NCBI GenBank assembly: GCA_018221045.1
Contig: JAAOXT010000027.1
Coordinates: forward strand, 536 to 64,535
Length of the DNA: 64,000 nucleotides
Source: Nanobdellota archaeon
Lineage (GTDB): Archaea > Nanobdellota > Nanobdellia > JAAOXT01
Direction: 5' to 3'
Shown here: piece after piece, positions 43,680-53,054 of the stretch
Layout of the letters: every line of letters starts with the position of its first letter
Numbering within the stretch: the first letter of the stretch is position 1
The notes under the pieces: model-generated
Databases searched by the model: none
What the model saw: the letters and a program-made list of their open reading frames with translations, nothing else
What the model was told of the DNA's origin: nothing
Program-made: the position numbers and the translations under genes

Positions 43680-44102
43680 TTAACTGAAGGTTAGAATAAG
43701 CGTTTCTTTTTTTAATGTCTTATCCACTAATTCTCCTCTTTTCTCGTTAAACACTTTGAAATACAGAGTGTCTTTGGCGTAAGCCCTGACTTCCACGGAC
43801 TCTTCGAGAATTCTTACTTCAACGTTCTTCATTGACTTCACGCCAGGAACACTGATTTCATGGGTCAAGAACGCGCCACGCCTAAAAGTTTTTGACTCGG
43901 GCTCAACACTCTTTTTGAAGGAGTGGGAAACCATTTTTTGTTTTTGAACGCTCTGACCTCCTTTCTGGGGCGAAAACATTTCGGAGAATTGCTTTAACAA
44001 GCCATTAATATTTATTGATAATCTGAATCTTACTCTTTGACCGCAATACGGGCAAAACCTCCATTTAAAATCAAGTGTTTTACCACATTTGTCGCAATTC
44101 AT
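43680..44102 (-). CDS. zinc-ribbon protein with a C-terminal Hsp20/alpha-crystallin-like beta-sandwich
   Basis: The zinc ribbon is MNCDKCGKTLDFKWRFCPYCGQ. The C-terminus, HEISVPGVKSMKNVEVRILEESVEVRAY...ETLILTF, resembles ACD strand patterns. Confidence 0.45.
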   Translation of the reverse strand: MNCDKCGKTLDFKWRFCPYCGQRVRFRLSININGLLKQFSEMFSPQKGGQSVQKQKMVSHSFKKSVEPESKTFRRGAFLTHEISVPGVKSMKNVEVRILEESVEVRAYAKDTLYFKVFNEKRGELVDKTLKKETLILTFS

Positions 44103-44272
44103 TTTTTCTTCTTTTTTTTACGAGTGTTCGGCCTTTTATAACCATGCACTTTTTCCAAGTGATCACCGTATTCTTCTTTTGGAATAGCAATGTATTCCCC
44201 TCTTCTTTTGCAATGAGGGCAGATAACTCGATAACTAACTTTAGGTTTTTTTTTTCGTTTTTCCTTTTTCAT
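44099..44272 (-). CDS. 57-aa Lys-rich C2H2-type zinc-finger micro-protein (below the ORF-track cutoff)
   Basis: My translation is MKKEKRKKKPKVSYRVICPHCKRRGEYIAIPKEEYGDHLEKVHGYKRPNTRKKKKKK. The pattern is CxxC...HxxxH. An ATGA overlap joins it to the downstream gene at 44099-44102. Confidence 0.4.
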   Translation of the reverse strand: MKKEKRKKKPKVSYRVICPHCKRRGEYIAIPKEEYGDHLEKVHGYKRPNTRKKKKKK

Positions 44273-44471
44273 TTACGCTTCACTCATCTTGAATAATTTT
44301 TCGTCACTAAGAACAATCCAGTTATAGAGCACTACTCACTTAATAAACTTACCAAAAACAGAAGTGAACCTTTAATATTTTAGAAAAGAGTAAACGCGAA
44401 AATAAGGTGTTTAGAAGCAAAAAAGTTTTTTTCAGTAACTTTATTAACCAATAGAATCTTCCTTCTTTTTT

Positions 44472-45257
44472 ATGAGAAAGTTGGTTAAAGAAATTGAGGA
44501 TAAAGGAATAAAGCTGGATAAGACTAAAGACCAGCACTTTATGGTAGACGAGACTCTCCTGAAAAAAATTGTTTCTGAAGCTGACGTGCAATCAAATGAA
44601 GTGGTGCTCGAGATTGGTGCTGGATCAGGGAACCTCACTAAACACATATCCAGAAAAGCCAAGCAAGTGTTCGCCATTGAAAAAGACATTGCCATGAAAG
44701 AAGTTCTGAACGAGACCTTCCCTTCAGGTTCTAACGTTTACGTCATATACGCTGACGCCCTGAAAACAGACTTCCCTTTCTTCGACAAAGTGGTTTCAAA
44801 CCTGCCTTACAGTATTTGCGAGCCTTTCGTGAACAGGTTGTTTCGTTACTTTTTCAAAAGAGCGGTTCTCACGGTTCCAAAAGCTTTCGCTGAAAGACTC
44901 TTATCCAAGCCAGGAGACGAGAAGTACTCTAAACTCTCCTTGCTAGTTCAGACCTTCTTCGACGTTAAAATAGTCGCTGAAGTCCCTAAAAACGCTTTTC
45001 ACCCCGAGCCAAGCGTTGGTTCATCAATAATAGTACTTGAAAGCAAAAAAGAAACACCCTTCTTAAAAAACTTCTTAATCCAGGATGATAAAAGGGTTAA
45101 GAACGCGTTAAGAGAGGCCTTGTTTGACACTAAAGGCCTGTCTAAAGGTGGTGCATCTAAAAAAGTTTCTGAAGCAGGACTGCCTGAAAAAGTTTTGAAC
45201 AAAAGGGTGTCAGCTCTTTCTTTAGATGAAATTCAGGAGCTTATTTCAAAATTTTGA
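44472..45257 (+). CDS. rsmA: 16S/18S rRNA (adenine-N6,N6)-dimethyltransferase (KsgA/Dim1)
   Basis: The motifs are QHFMVDETLLKKIV, the SAM motif VLEIGAGSGNLT, and SNLPYSI. Confidence 0.9.
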   Translation: MRKLVKEIEDKGIKLDKTKDQHFMVDETLLKKIVSEADVQSNEVVLEIGAGSGNLTKHISRKAKQVFAIEKDIAMKEVLNETFPSGSNVYVIYADALKTDFPFFDKVVSNLPYSICEPFVNRLFRYFFKRAVLTVPKAFAERLLSKPGDEKYSKLSLLVQTFFDVKIVAEVPKNAFHPEPSVGSSIIVLESKKETPFLKNFLIQDDKRVKNALREALFDTKGLSKGGASKKVSEAGLPEKVLNKRVSALSLDEIQELISKF

Positions 45258-47912
45258 AGTAATCTTGTTAAGCACAGGTTTAAACCCTTCCACCAATAAC
45301 ACGCCTGTTAATCCTGCAACGCAAATCATCAGCCAATCCATGGCGGGGAGAGCTGCAGTGCCAAAAAATGGTTGCAGGAACGGAGTGTAAATAACCACTA
45401 ATTCAAGGATTATTGATGACGCGACAGCGAGCAATAGTGTTTTATTGTTAAAAAAGTCTTTTACACCCAATCTTTTCTCTGTTTTAGCGCTGAAAACCAA
45501 GAACATTTCGAACATTAAAGTGAACGCGAAAACGGTTGTTTGAGCTATCACGAGACCATAATTCGTTAAAGCGTAAACAAACAGTGCCAAGGAGAAAATG
45601 AAGGCGATTAATCCAGCGAAAATGCTGAAAGGCAACAGTTTGTTGATGATTTTGGCTTTAGGTTTTTCAGGAGGTTTTTTCATAACACCTCTTTCTGGAG
45701 GGTCAACGCCTAAGGCGAGTGCGGGCAAACCGTCACTGACTAAGTTATTCCATAATATCTGGATTGGAATCATTGGAAGCGGAAATCGCAGAAGGGCTGC
45801 GGTCGCTATTAAAGCAAGTTCGTCAAAATTAGCTGATAACATGTAACGAATGAATTTTTTGATATTATCAAAAATGGTTCGGCCCTCTTTTATGGATTTA
45901 ACAATTGTCGCGAAATTATCATCTAACAATATCATGTCGCTAGCTTCTTTGGCAACGTCTGTTCCAGTAACACCCATAGCTATTCCGATATCAGCTTTTT
46001 TTAGGGCTGGAGCGTCGTTCACTCCGTCACCGGTCATAGCAATCACGTGATCTTTTTTCTTGAAAGTCTCGACTATGCGAACCTTATGCTCTGGCGAGAC
46101 TCGAGCGAAAACCGTGATGTTTTCAATCATTTTTTCAAAATCTTCATCAGTCATGCCGTCGATTTGGCTTCCGTCAACCACTAAGCTACCTTCACTAAAA
46201 AGACCTATTTTTTTGGCTATGGCCGTCGCGGTTATCCTGTGATCTCCTGTGACCATGACTACTTTAACCCCTGCTTCCTTGCACTGGGCAATGGCTTCCG
46301 TAACTTCTTCTCTTGGAGGGTCCATCATCCCTGCCAGCCCGATGAAAACAAGATTTTTTTCAATTGATTCATCGTACTCGCCTTTCTTTTTCACTTTTTT
46401 ATAAGCAATGGCGAGGACTCTTAGAGCAGAGTTCCCGAACTCTTCGTTCACCCGGAGAATTTCTTTTTTTCTTTTGTTCGTGAGTTTAACTTGCCTGCCG
46501 TTCACCATCGCTTTGTCGCATTTTTTTAGCAGGATGTCTGGAGCGCCTTTAGTGTAAACCACCATGTCTTCGCCTTCTTCAACGATAACACTCATCATCT
46601 TTCTTTTAGAGTCAAAAGACACTTCGCCGAATCGCGGAAACTTTTTTTTCAAAACCGTTGCGTCCAATCCTCCTTTCAACGAGAGAGTGAGCAGAGAACC
46701 TTCAGTCGGGTCTCCAATAATGTTCCATTCATTATTCTCGTTGGAAAGATAAGCGTTGTTGCATAGCGCGCCGGCTTTGAGTAATAGTTGCAAGTCTTTT
46801 GTTTTCTTGTTAACACTGAAACGCCCTTCAGGCGCGAAACCAATTCCTGAAACGTTTACCACTTCTTTTCCTAAGAAAATTTTTTGCACGGTCATCTGGT
46901 TCTGGGTTAGGGTTCCTGTTTTATCCGTGCAGATCACTGTAGTGGAGCCAAGAGTCTGAACTGCCGAGAGTTTACGAACAATAGCCTTCTTTTTAGCCAT
47001 TCTCTGGACACCAAGAGCGAGGGTTAGCGTGACCACTGCGGGCAGGCCTTCAGGAATCGCTGAAACAGCGAGGCTGACAGCTATCAAAAAGCTTTGCAGT
47101 AAGGAATGGCCTGCCAAAAAGTCAAGAACAAATATTATCAGTGTTATAAGAATTATTATGCCTGCGAGTTTTAAGCTTAAGTTATCAAGCCTTTTTTCCA
47201 AAGGAGTTTTTTCCGGTTTGCTTTCCTGAACCATCTTGGCAATCCTCCCAATTTCCGCGTTCATACCAGTGTTCACGACCACGCCCAAACCGCTTCCATA
47301 AGTGACCACAGAACTCATGAAACAGCAATTAAACCTTTCACTAATAGGGGTTTCCCTATCCAAAATTTTGTCAGCGCGTTTTTCAACAGGAGTTGACTCG
47401 CCGGTTAGCATTGATTCATCTACTTTAAGATTAGTGCTTTTGATTAATCGAACGTCTGCTGGTACCCTCACACCTGTTTCCAACAACACGATGTCGCCCG
47501 GAACCAATTCTTTAGCTAAGATTTCTTCTTCCCGTCCTTCCCTGAAAACCACTGCTTTCGGGTTAATCATTTTTTTCAGCGCTTCAATGGATTTTTCAGC
47601 CTTGTACTCTTGGAAAAGTCCCATGAAAGCGTTGAGAATAACTATGATGACAATCATGGTCGCGTCAATCCATTCGTGCATTAGAAAAGAAACTGTTGCC
47701 GCCAGTAAAAGAATAATGATCATTAGGTTAGCGAATTGCTCAAAGAACATGACTAGAACGTTTTTACCGCCCTTACCTTTTATCTCATTAACCCCATACT
47801 TTTTCAAACGATAAGGAATTTGACTATTCTTAAGACCGTTTTCGCTCGTGTGAAGTTTTTCAAAAACTTTTTTAGAGTTTAAAGAATGCCAAGGTTCAAC
47901 TATCTCCATCAT
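45246..47912 (-). CDS. P2-type cation (Ca2+-type) transporting ATPase
   Basis: The motifs are TGES, ICTDKTGTLTQNQM, MVTGDH and [21 protein letters not shown]. The 888-aa protein has a 10-TM architecture and the PEGLP motif. Confidence 0.9.
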   Translation of the reverse strand: MMEIVEPWHSLNSKKVFEKLHTSENGLKNSQIPYRLKKYGVNEIKGKGGKNVLVMFFEQFANLMIIILLLAATVSFLMHEWIDATMIVIIVILNAFMGLFQEYKAEKSIEALKKMINPKAVVFREGREEEILAKELVPGDIVLLETGVRVPADVRLIKSTNLKVDESMLTGESTPVEKRADKILDRETPISERFNCCFMSSVVTYGSGLGVVVNTGMNAEIGRIAKMVQESKPEKTPLEKRLDNLSLKLAGIIILITLIIFVLDFLAGHSLLQSFLIAVSLAVSAIPEGLPAVVTLTLALGVQRMAKKKAIVRKLSAVQTLGSTTVICTDKTGTLTQNQMTVQKIFLGKEVVNVSGIGFAPEGRFSVNKKTKDLQLLLKAGALCNNAYLSNENNEWNIIGDPTEGSLLTLSLKGGLDATVLKKKFPRFGEVSFDSKRKMMSVIVEEGEDMVVYTKGAPDILLKKCDKAMVNGRQVKLTNKRKKEILRVNEEFGNSALRVLAIAYKKVKKKGEYDESIEKNLVFIGLAGMMDPPREEVTEAIAQCKEAGVKVVMVTGDHRITATAIAKKIGLFSEGSLVVDGSQIDGMTDEDFEKMIENITVFARVSPEHKVRIVETFKKKDHVIAMTGDGVNDAPALKKADIGIAMGVTGTDVAKEASDMILLDDNFATIVKSIKEGRTIFDNIKKFIRYMLSANFDELALIATAALLRFPLPMIPIQILWNNLVSDGLPALALGVDPPERGVMKKPPEKPKAKIINKLLPFSIFAGLIAFIFSLALFVYALTNYGLVIAQTTVFAFTLMFEMFLVFSAKTEKRLGVKDFFNNKTLLLAVASSIILELVVIYTPFLQPFFGTAALPAMDWLMICVAGLTGVLLVEGFKPVLNKITSKF

Positions 47913-47999
47913 TGATACAAGTCAGAAAATAGGAAACATTGACTTAAAAAATTATTTGCGTTACTTTTTTAAAATAAGACTAGTTTTATCAATGATAGC

Positions 48000-49229
48000 A
48001 TGGGGTTTTTTGACTTTTTCAGTAAATCGAAAGAACCTGAAAAATTGGGTTTGGAAGAAGCACTAAATTTTTTTTCACAAAAACTTGAGAAAGCAAGCTC
48101 AATAGATTTTGTCAACCCGAAAAAACTGGAAAAAAAGTTCTTAGAACTGCTCAAGTTGTTAGAATCGTTCAAGCAGTCTGAGCCCAGAGATGAAATAAAT
48201 CCTTACTTGCTCAATAAAGTTCTATCCTCAAGAAAGAGTTTCATAATCAGGATGAGAACGTTTGCTGTTAAGGCCAAGGATTTCGCTCATACAGATTTCG
48301 AGGAAGTAGAGGATTCTATTCAGCGAGTAATGGATTTTTTGAAAACAGCTTCTAAACTCGGAGCAGATTACTCTGATAAGTTGAGCATTGCGTTCAAAAA
48401 AGAGATCGCTGAAATCGGAAAAAAACTTGAGGGAATAAGCAAAGAATTCACTGAAATAAAAAAAGAAATGGACGAAAGAAACGAGGTTAGACAAGGGTTT
48501 AAGAACAGGATAAGAAAACTGGAAAGAATAAAAAAATTGGAAGAAATGATTTCTTCAACCCTAGCTGAAGATGAAAAAGCAAAGAAGGAGGTCGCCGAAC
48601 TGGAGGAACAATTAGGTTCGAGAAAACAGGAAGTCGAGAAGTTTGAGGAAAGCGCTGGGCTGAAACAGTTGGAAAGCCTTGAAAACCAATTAGTGGACAT
48701 AAACGATAAAATAGACACTTTGAAAAGCGTTGTAACAGCAAAGCTATCAGAATCAGGCAAGGCGTTAAAAAAGTATGCTAACCTTCGGCCAGGGGACAAG
48801 GAACTAACACTGTTTTTGGAAGACCCTTTTTCCATAATTGATTCCGCTAAAATAATGGTTTGGTTGAACGAAGCCCGCTCCCTTGTCGAGAAAGAAGCAA
48901 TTCAATTGAAACCAAAACAAAAAATTAAATCATTAAAATCCTTATCAGCCATTGACAGAAGTTATTTCGATAAAGCTCATTTAAACCTGGCAGAACTATT
49001 ATTACAGAAAAAAACTATTGAAAACATTATTGATTCATCTGACTTGCATTCTGAACTGGACGAGCTTAAGAAAAGCATATTATTCTTTGAGAACAACCTG
49101 AAAATAAAAAAAGAGGTTTTCCCAAAAAATCAGGAGATACGAAAAGTTGCTGAGGAAGAGTTAGGTGACGAAAAAAGAAAAGTGGATAAATTGTTGTCCG
49201 AGCATTTTTTAGTTCTGGAAGATATTTAA
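48000..49229 (+). CDS. long coiled-coil protein
   Basis: 409 aa, Glu/Lys/Leu-rich with heptad-like sequence throughout. Confidence 0.45.
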   Translation: MGFFDFFSKSKEPEKLGLEEALNFFSQKLEKASSIDFVNPKKLEKKFLELLKLLESFKQSEPRDEINPYLLNKVLSSRKSFIIRMRTFAVKAKDFAHTDFEEVEDSIQRVMDFLKTASKLGADYSDKLSIAFKKEIAEIGKKLEGISKEFTEIKKEMDERNEVRQGFKNRIRKLERIKKLEEMISSTLAEDEKAKKEVAELEEQLGSRKQEVEKFEESAGLKQLESLENQLVDINDKIDTLKSVVTAKLSESGKALKKYANLRPGDKELTLFLEDPFSIIDSAKIMVWLNEARSLVEKEAIQLKPKQKIKSLKSLSAIDRSYFDKAHLNLAELLLQKKTIENIIDSSDLHSELDELKKSILFFENNLKIKKEVFPKNQEIRKVAEEELGDEKRKVDKLLSEHFLVLEDI

Positions 49230-49253
49230 ACAAGAATGTTCTTTTATTGAACC

Positions 49254-49454
49254 ATGGATGAAACACCTAATATTGATAGAGTGCTAAAATTTGTTAATGG
49301 TCTTATAAAAGAGGTTAATCAGCAAGTTAAATCAAAGGTGGGAGAGTTAGAAATAAAGTACAAGGAAGGAAGGCTTGTTAAAGACACCAAAGAATTAACC
49401 GCTAAAAAGTTGAGAGAAATAGCTGAAGCTCTTGAAGAAAAACCCCAAAAATAA
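49254..49454 (+). CDS. small hypothetical helical protein
   Basis: 66-aa ORF beginning 24 nt downstream of the coiled-coil gene. Confidence 0.3.
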   Translation: MDETPNIDRVLKFVNGLIKEVNQQVKSKVGELEIKYKEGRLVKDTKELTAKKLREIAEALEEKPQK

Positions 49455-49598
49455 ATAAGATCATATTTGAACAAGACGATAAAATTCTTTTTTTTTAGGT
49501 TTTTGAACCTAGAAATTTATTCTTTAATTTTTTTCTCAGCAGAAAGTGCTTGCAAAAACTTATTTAAAAAGCTCGCCATTCTTTTTTTATTAAAGTAA

Positions 49599-50900
49599 AT
49601 GAAGTTTTCCAACGTGATAAAGTATTATAAAAGGAAGGATGTTCAAGAACGAATCTTAGAGGTCTGTAAGGACAGGGAAGTCATTCCCAGATATTGGAAC
49701 GGCGGTTTCGGCAAAAGACCTGACACGATAATGTTCAAGAACGATGTTAACCGCTTTGTTCGTGATGGCGCGACATCCTTCCACGCTTCGGAGGAGAGGT
49801 GGACGAATCCTTTGGACTTGTCCACGAACATGAACCGAGCTCAAATGGATGAGCTTCGCTCAGGATGGGATTTCATATTGGACATTGACCCGAAGAACTG
49901 GGAGTACGGCAGGATTTGTGCCAAACTACTCGTCGAGGCGTTGGAATCCCACGGAGTAAAATCGCACTCAATAAAGTTCAGTGGAGGCAAAGGATGGCAC
50001 GTTGGAGTGCCGTGGGAAGCGTTTCCGAAGATGGTTAATAAAAAAGAGGTTAGAAAACTGTTTCCTGAAGCTTCCAGAACCATTGCAGCTTATCTAAAAG
50101 ACTTGATAAAAGAGCATTTGAGGGGAGAATTATTGGCTTTAGAAGACAATTCTCTAAAAAGGATCTCTAAGCGGGCGGGGGTTAAGCAAGAAGAACTTTT
50201 CGTTAACAACGAATTTGACCCTTACTCGGTAATTGAGGTGGACGCCCTGCTCATATCTCCGCGCCACTTGTATAGGACGCCGTACTCTTTTAATGAGAAA
50301 ACTTGGCTGGTGTCAATACCTATGACTAAGCAGGGTTTGGACGAGTTCTCGCTTGATCATGCAAAGCCGGAGAACGTGAAAACAAGTCACGGCTTTTTTG
50401 ATAAGGAAGTGTCGCCAGGTGAAGCGGAGAATTTGATGGTTCAGGCAATGGATTGGGCTCAAAAGAATGTGGTGAAAGAAGATGTTTCTGTTGAGAGGGA
50501 TTACGAATTGCCTGAAAAAGCTGTGAATAAAGAAATGTTCCCGCCGTGCGTACAGTTAATTCTTAAAGGTTTATCTGACGGGAGGAAGCGCTCAGTGTTC
50601 ATTTTGAATAATTTCTTGAAGACTCAGGGGTGGGAAGACCATGACATTAAAAGAGAGTTATTGAACTGGAATAAGAAGAACGAAGAACCCCTTCCAGAAC
50701 AGTACATAAACTCTCAGCTTAACTGGTCTAAAAAAAATAAGGGCGAAAGATTCCCTCCTCCTAACTGTGATAACAAGTCTTATTACGTGGACATTGGCGT
50801 GTGCAAGCCAGACCACTTTTGCAAAAGAATAAAGAATCCTTCCTCTTATCCTTTTTTTAAAACACGCTCTTTGAGGAAAAGGTCTTCTGCAAAACATTAA
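49599..50900 (+). CDS. priS: single-chain DNA primase: PriS catalytic domain fused to a PriL Fe-S C-terminal-like domain
   Basis: The PriS motifs are WDFILDIDP (DxD), FSGGKGWHV and LYRTPYSFNEKT. The C-terminal FPPCVQLILKG...GRKRSVFILNNFL...PPPNCDNKSYYVDIGVCKPDHFCKRIKNPSSY matches the four-Cys PriL-CTD pattern. Confidence 0.8.
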   Translation: MKFSNVIKYYKRKDVQERILEVCKDREVIPRYWNGGFGKRPDTIMFKNDVNRFVRDGATSFHASEERWTNPLDLSTNMNRAQMDELRSGWDFILDIDPKNWEYGRICAKLLVEALESHGVKSHSIKFSGGKGWHVGVPWEAFPKMVNKKEVRKLFPEASRTIAAYLKDLIKEHLRGELLALEDNSLKRISKRAGVKQEELFVNNEFDPYSVIEVDALLISPRHLYRTPYSFNEKTWLVSIPMTKQGLDEFSLDHAKPENVKTSHGFFDKEVSPGEAENLMVQAMDWAQKNVVKEDVSVERDYELPEKAVNKEMFPPCVQLILKGLSDGRKRSVFILNNFLKTQGWEDHDIKRELLNWNKKNEEPLPEQYINSQLNWSKKNKGERFPPPNCDNKSYYVDIGVCKPDHFCKRIKNPSSYPFFKTRSLRKRSSAKH

Positions 50901-50934
50901 AATTAATAAAACCTGCGCGGCTTCTTTCAAAGCA

Positions 50935-51549
50935 ATGGGTGAAGAAGACATTTTAACGTATGAAGAGTTAAGAAACATTCAGAGAAAAGAGCGAATCAAC
51001 CGTTCACTTCAACCATTGGAACCTGATTTTTTGAAAAAGGTTAGTTCTTACCTTGACAAGAAAAAAGAGTTGTTGCAGAAAACTATAGGTGATGGAAACA
51101 GGTTTTCAGTTGATATGGGCAATAAGATAAACAATGAGGTCAGCAACGCGCAGAGAGTGCTGAAAGACATAATGGAGCGCAGGGAAAGCAAGATAATGCT
51201 TCAAGGTCTTATGGACGCTAGGGCGGGAGTCCCTGCGGAAAACGTTTTAAACATGCTTCCCTTAGAAAAAGGGATTTACAAAAACATTTTCGAAGCGATA
51301 TCTAAGTACAGGAAAGAGTGTTTTTACCCTTTGCTCGCAGGACAGTTCGTCCAGAAAGAACTGGTCAGCGATGAACCTTCAACCCAGGCAATCACGTTGC
51401 TGTCAAGCGTTCCAGAGTTCTTGTGGAAGGACTCCAACAAGTATGGCCCGTTCGAAGAAGGAGATTCCGTGGAAGTGCCTTCAGAACTCGCTAAATTCCT
51501 GCTCGCACAGAAAAAAGCTGTTGCAGGAAAACAAATGGAAAAAGCTTGA
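50935..51549 (+). CDS. GINS (Gins51-type) replication complex subunit
   Basis: The N-terminus LTYEELRNIQRKERINRSLQPLEPDFLKKVSSYL and the C-terminal B-domain-like YGPFEEGDSVEVPSELAKFLLAQKKA are both typical. It lies adjacent to the primase gene. Confidence 0.65.
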   Translation: MGEEDILTYEELRNIQRKERINRSLQPLEPDFLKKVSSYLDKKKELLQKTIGDGNRFSVDMGNKINNEVSNAQRVLKDIMERRESKIMLQGLMDARAGVPAENVLNMLPLEKGIYKNIFEAISKYRKECFYPLLAGQFVQKELVSDEPSTQAITLLSSVPEFLWKDSNKYGPFEEGDSVEVPSELAKFLLAQKKAVAGKQMEKA

Positions 51550-51630
51550 CCAAAAAAGGTCTTTTATTTTTTCAAAAACTTTTTTAAAGGAATACTCTTA
51601 AAAAGGGTTACCAACCCAATTTAATCTAAA

Positions 51631-51924
51631 ATGAAGATGCCTAAGAAACAAAAAAGATACTGCCCTAAATGTAAGAAAAACATTGAGCAAAAAGTTAGTA
51701 GGGAGAAAACGAGTGGAAATAGAGGTAAGCTCGGCAAGGGCAGAAGAAAACTTGCCAAGATCAAAAAAGGTTATGGCGGTTTTCCGTACCCAAAAATAGA
51801 GAAAGGCAACAGGTATGGCTCAAAAAACACTAAGAAAGTGGCGTTGAAGTACGAGTGCCCTGTTTGCAAGAAGAAAACTATAAGCAAGCGAGGCTTCAGG
51901 GCAAAGAAATTCGAAATGGAGTGA
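51631..51924 (+). CDS. rpl44e: 50S ribosomal protein L44e (eL42)
   Basis: The zinc-ribbon pairs are RYCPKCKK and CPVCKKK, the composition is basic, and the length is 97 aa. Confidence 0.9.
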   Translation: MKMPKKQKRYCPKCKKNIEQKVSREKTSGNRGKLGKGRRKLAKIKKGYGGFPYPKIEKGNRYGSKNTKKVALKYECPVCKKKTISKRGFRAKKFEME

Positions 51925-51936
51925 AAAAAAAAGATT

Positions 51937-52119
51937 ATGGAAGAAATTATTAAAACGCCGACGAGCAAGTTCATAAAAGTAAAATGTTCCTGCAAGAACG
52001 AGCAAATAATTTTTGGCAAGGCCTCAAGCACTGTCAAATGCTTGGTGTGCGATAAAATACTCTCTAAACCTAGAGGCGGGAAATCCGTTATAAAAGGAAA
52101 AGTTGTTGAGGTTCTGTAA
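51937..52119 (+). CDS. rps27e: 30S ribosomal protein S27e (eS27)
   Basis: The pattern is KVKCSCKNEQIIFGKASSTVKCLVCDKILSKPRGGK. Confidence 0.9.
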   Translation: MEEIIKTPTSKFIKVKCSCKNEQIIFGKASSTVKCLVCDKILSKPRGGKSVIKGKVVEVL

Positions 52120-52126
52120 ACGGGCA

Positions 52127-52903
52127 ATGATTAAAAAAAAAGGTTATCCTGAACCAAAAGAGTTAGTTTTATGCACGGTTAAAGAAGTTTTTTCTCACAG
52201 CGCGTTCCTAACACTCGACGAATACGAGAGGAAAGAAGGAATGCTTCATATATCCCAAATAGCGTACGGGAGGATAAGAAACATTCGAGATCATGTTAAA
52301 CCCGGCAAAAAAATGATTTGCAAAGTGACTCGAACCAACCCTAGCAAAGGGCACATAGACCTTTCTCTTAAAATTGTTTCTCAAATCGACAGCAAAAAGA
52401 AAATCAATGAGTACAGAAGAGAGAGAAGAATTGACAGTTTCCTGCACGTGCTCGCCAAAAAACAAGGGATGAAAGAAGCTGACGTTAAAGACCTGGAATC
52501 CAGAATAATTCAAGATTTCGATTCGTTATCCGAGTTCGCCACCAGCGTTCGGGAAACGGGTGACGAGACGTTCAAAGGATTGAAGGTTGGCAAGAAATGG
52601 GTGGAAGAGTTCAAAAAATTCGTTGAACAAGACCTTGACAAGAAAAAAGAAGTTGAGATAAAAGCCAATATGAAAGTGTTCTCCAAACAAGGTGATGGGG
52701 TGGAACGAATTAAAAACTTTTTCAGCAAACTCAAAAAACTTAACAAAGAAGTTTCTTTCGAGTACTTGGGCGCCCCAAATTACATGTTAAGACTGGTTTC
52801 ATTGGATTACAAAAAATCGGAGAAGCAATTGGCCAAACTGACAGAGCAGGCGGAAAAAATGGCTAGAGAAGAAAAAATTGAGTTAGAAATCACTAGAAAA
52901 TGA
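52127..52903 (+). CDS. eif2a: translation initiation factor aIF2 alpha subunit
   Basis: The S1 domain reads YPEPKELVLCTVKEVFSHSAFLTLDEYERKEGMLHISQIA...GHIDLSLK. I prefer the ATG at 52127. Confidence 0.9.
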   Translation: MIKKKGYPEPKELVLCTVKEVFSHSAFLTLDEYERKEGMLHISQIAYGRIRNIRDHVKPGKKMICKVTRTNPSKGHIDLSLKIVSQIDSKKKINEYRRERRIDSFLHVLAKKQGMKEADVKDLESRIIQDFDSLSEFATSVRETGDETFKGLKVGKKWVEEFKKFVEQDLDKKKEVEIKANMKVFSKQGDGVERIKNFFSKLKKLNKEVSFEYLGAPNYMLRLVSLDYKKSEKQLAKLTEQAEKMAREEKIELEITRK

Positions 52904-53040
52904 AGATACATTACTGTACGTCGTGCTCGCAATACACGTTGGAAAAAAATTGTCCTGGTTGCGGTCAAAAAACTGTTAACAAGGAACCCGCCAAGTTAAA
53001 GGAAGACGGGCACGCGAAGCACAGAAAAAAAAAGGTTTGA
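52900..53040 (+). CDS. nop10: H/ACA RNP protein Nop10 (46 aa, below the ORF-track cutoff)
   Basis: My translation is MKIHYCTSCSQYTLEKNCPGCGQKTVNKEPAKLKEDGHAKHRKKKV. It has the Nop10 zinc ribbon, an ATGA overlap with the aIF2alpha stop, and the canonical position after aIF2alpha. Confidence 0.8.
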   Translation: MKIHYCTSCSQYTLEKNCPGCGQKTVNKEPAKLKEDGHAKHRKKKV

Positions 53041-53054
53041 GGAAACAGATTAAG

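Noticed and set aside
45246-45257. 12-nt convergent overlap of the rsmA and P-type ATPase 3' ends.
   Set aside because: Small convergent overlaps are common in compact genomes. Nothing suggests a regulatory role.
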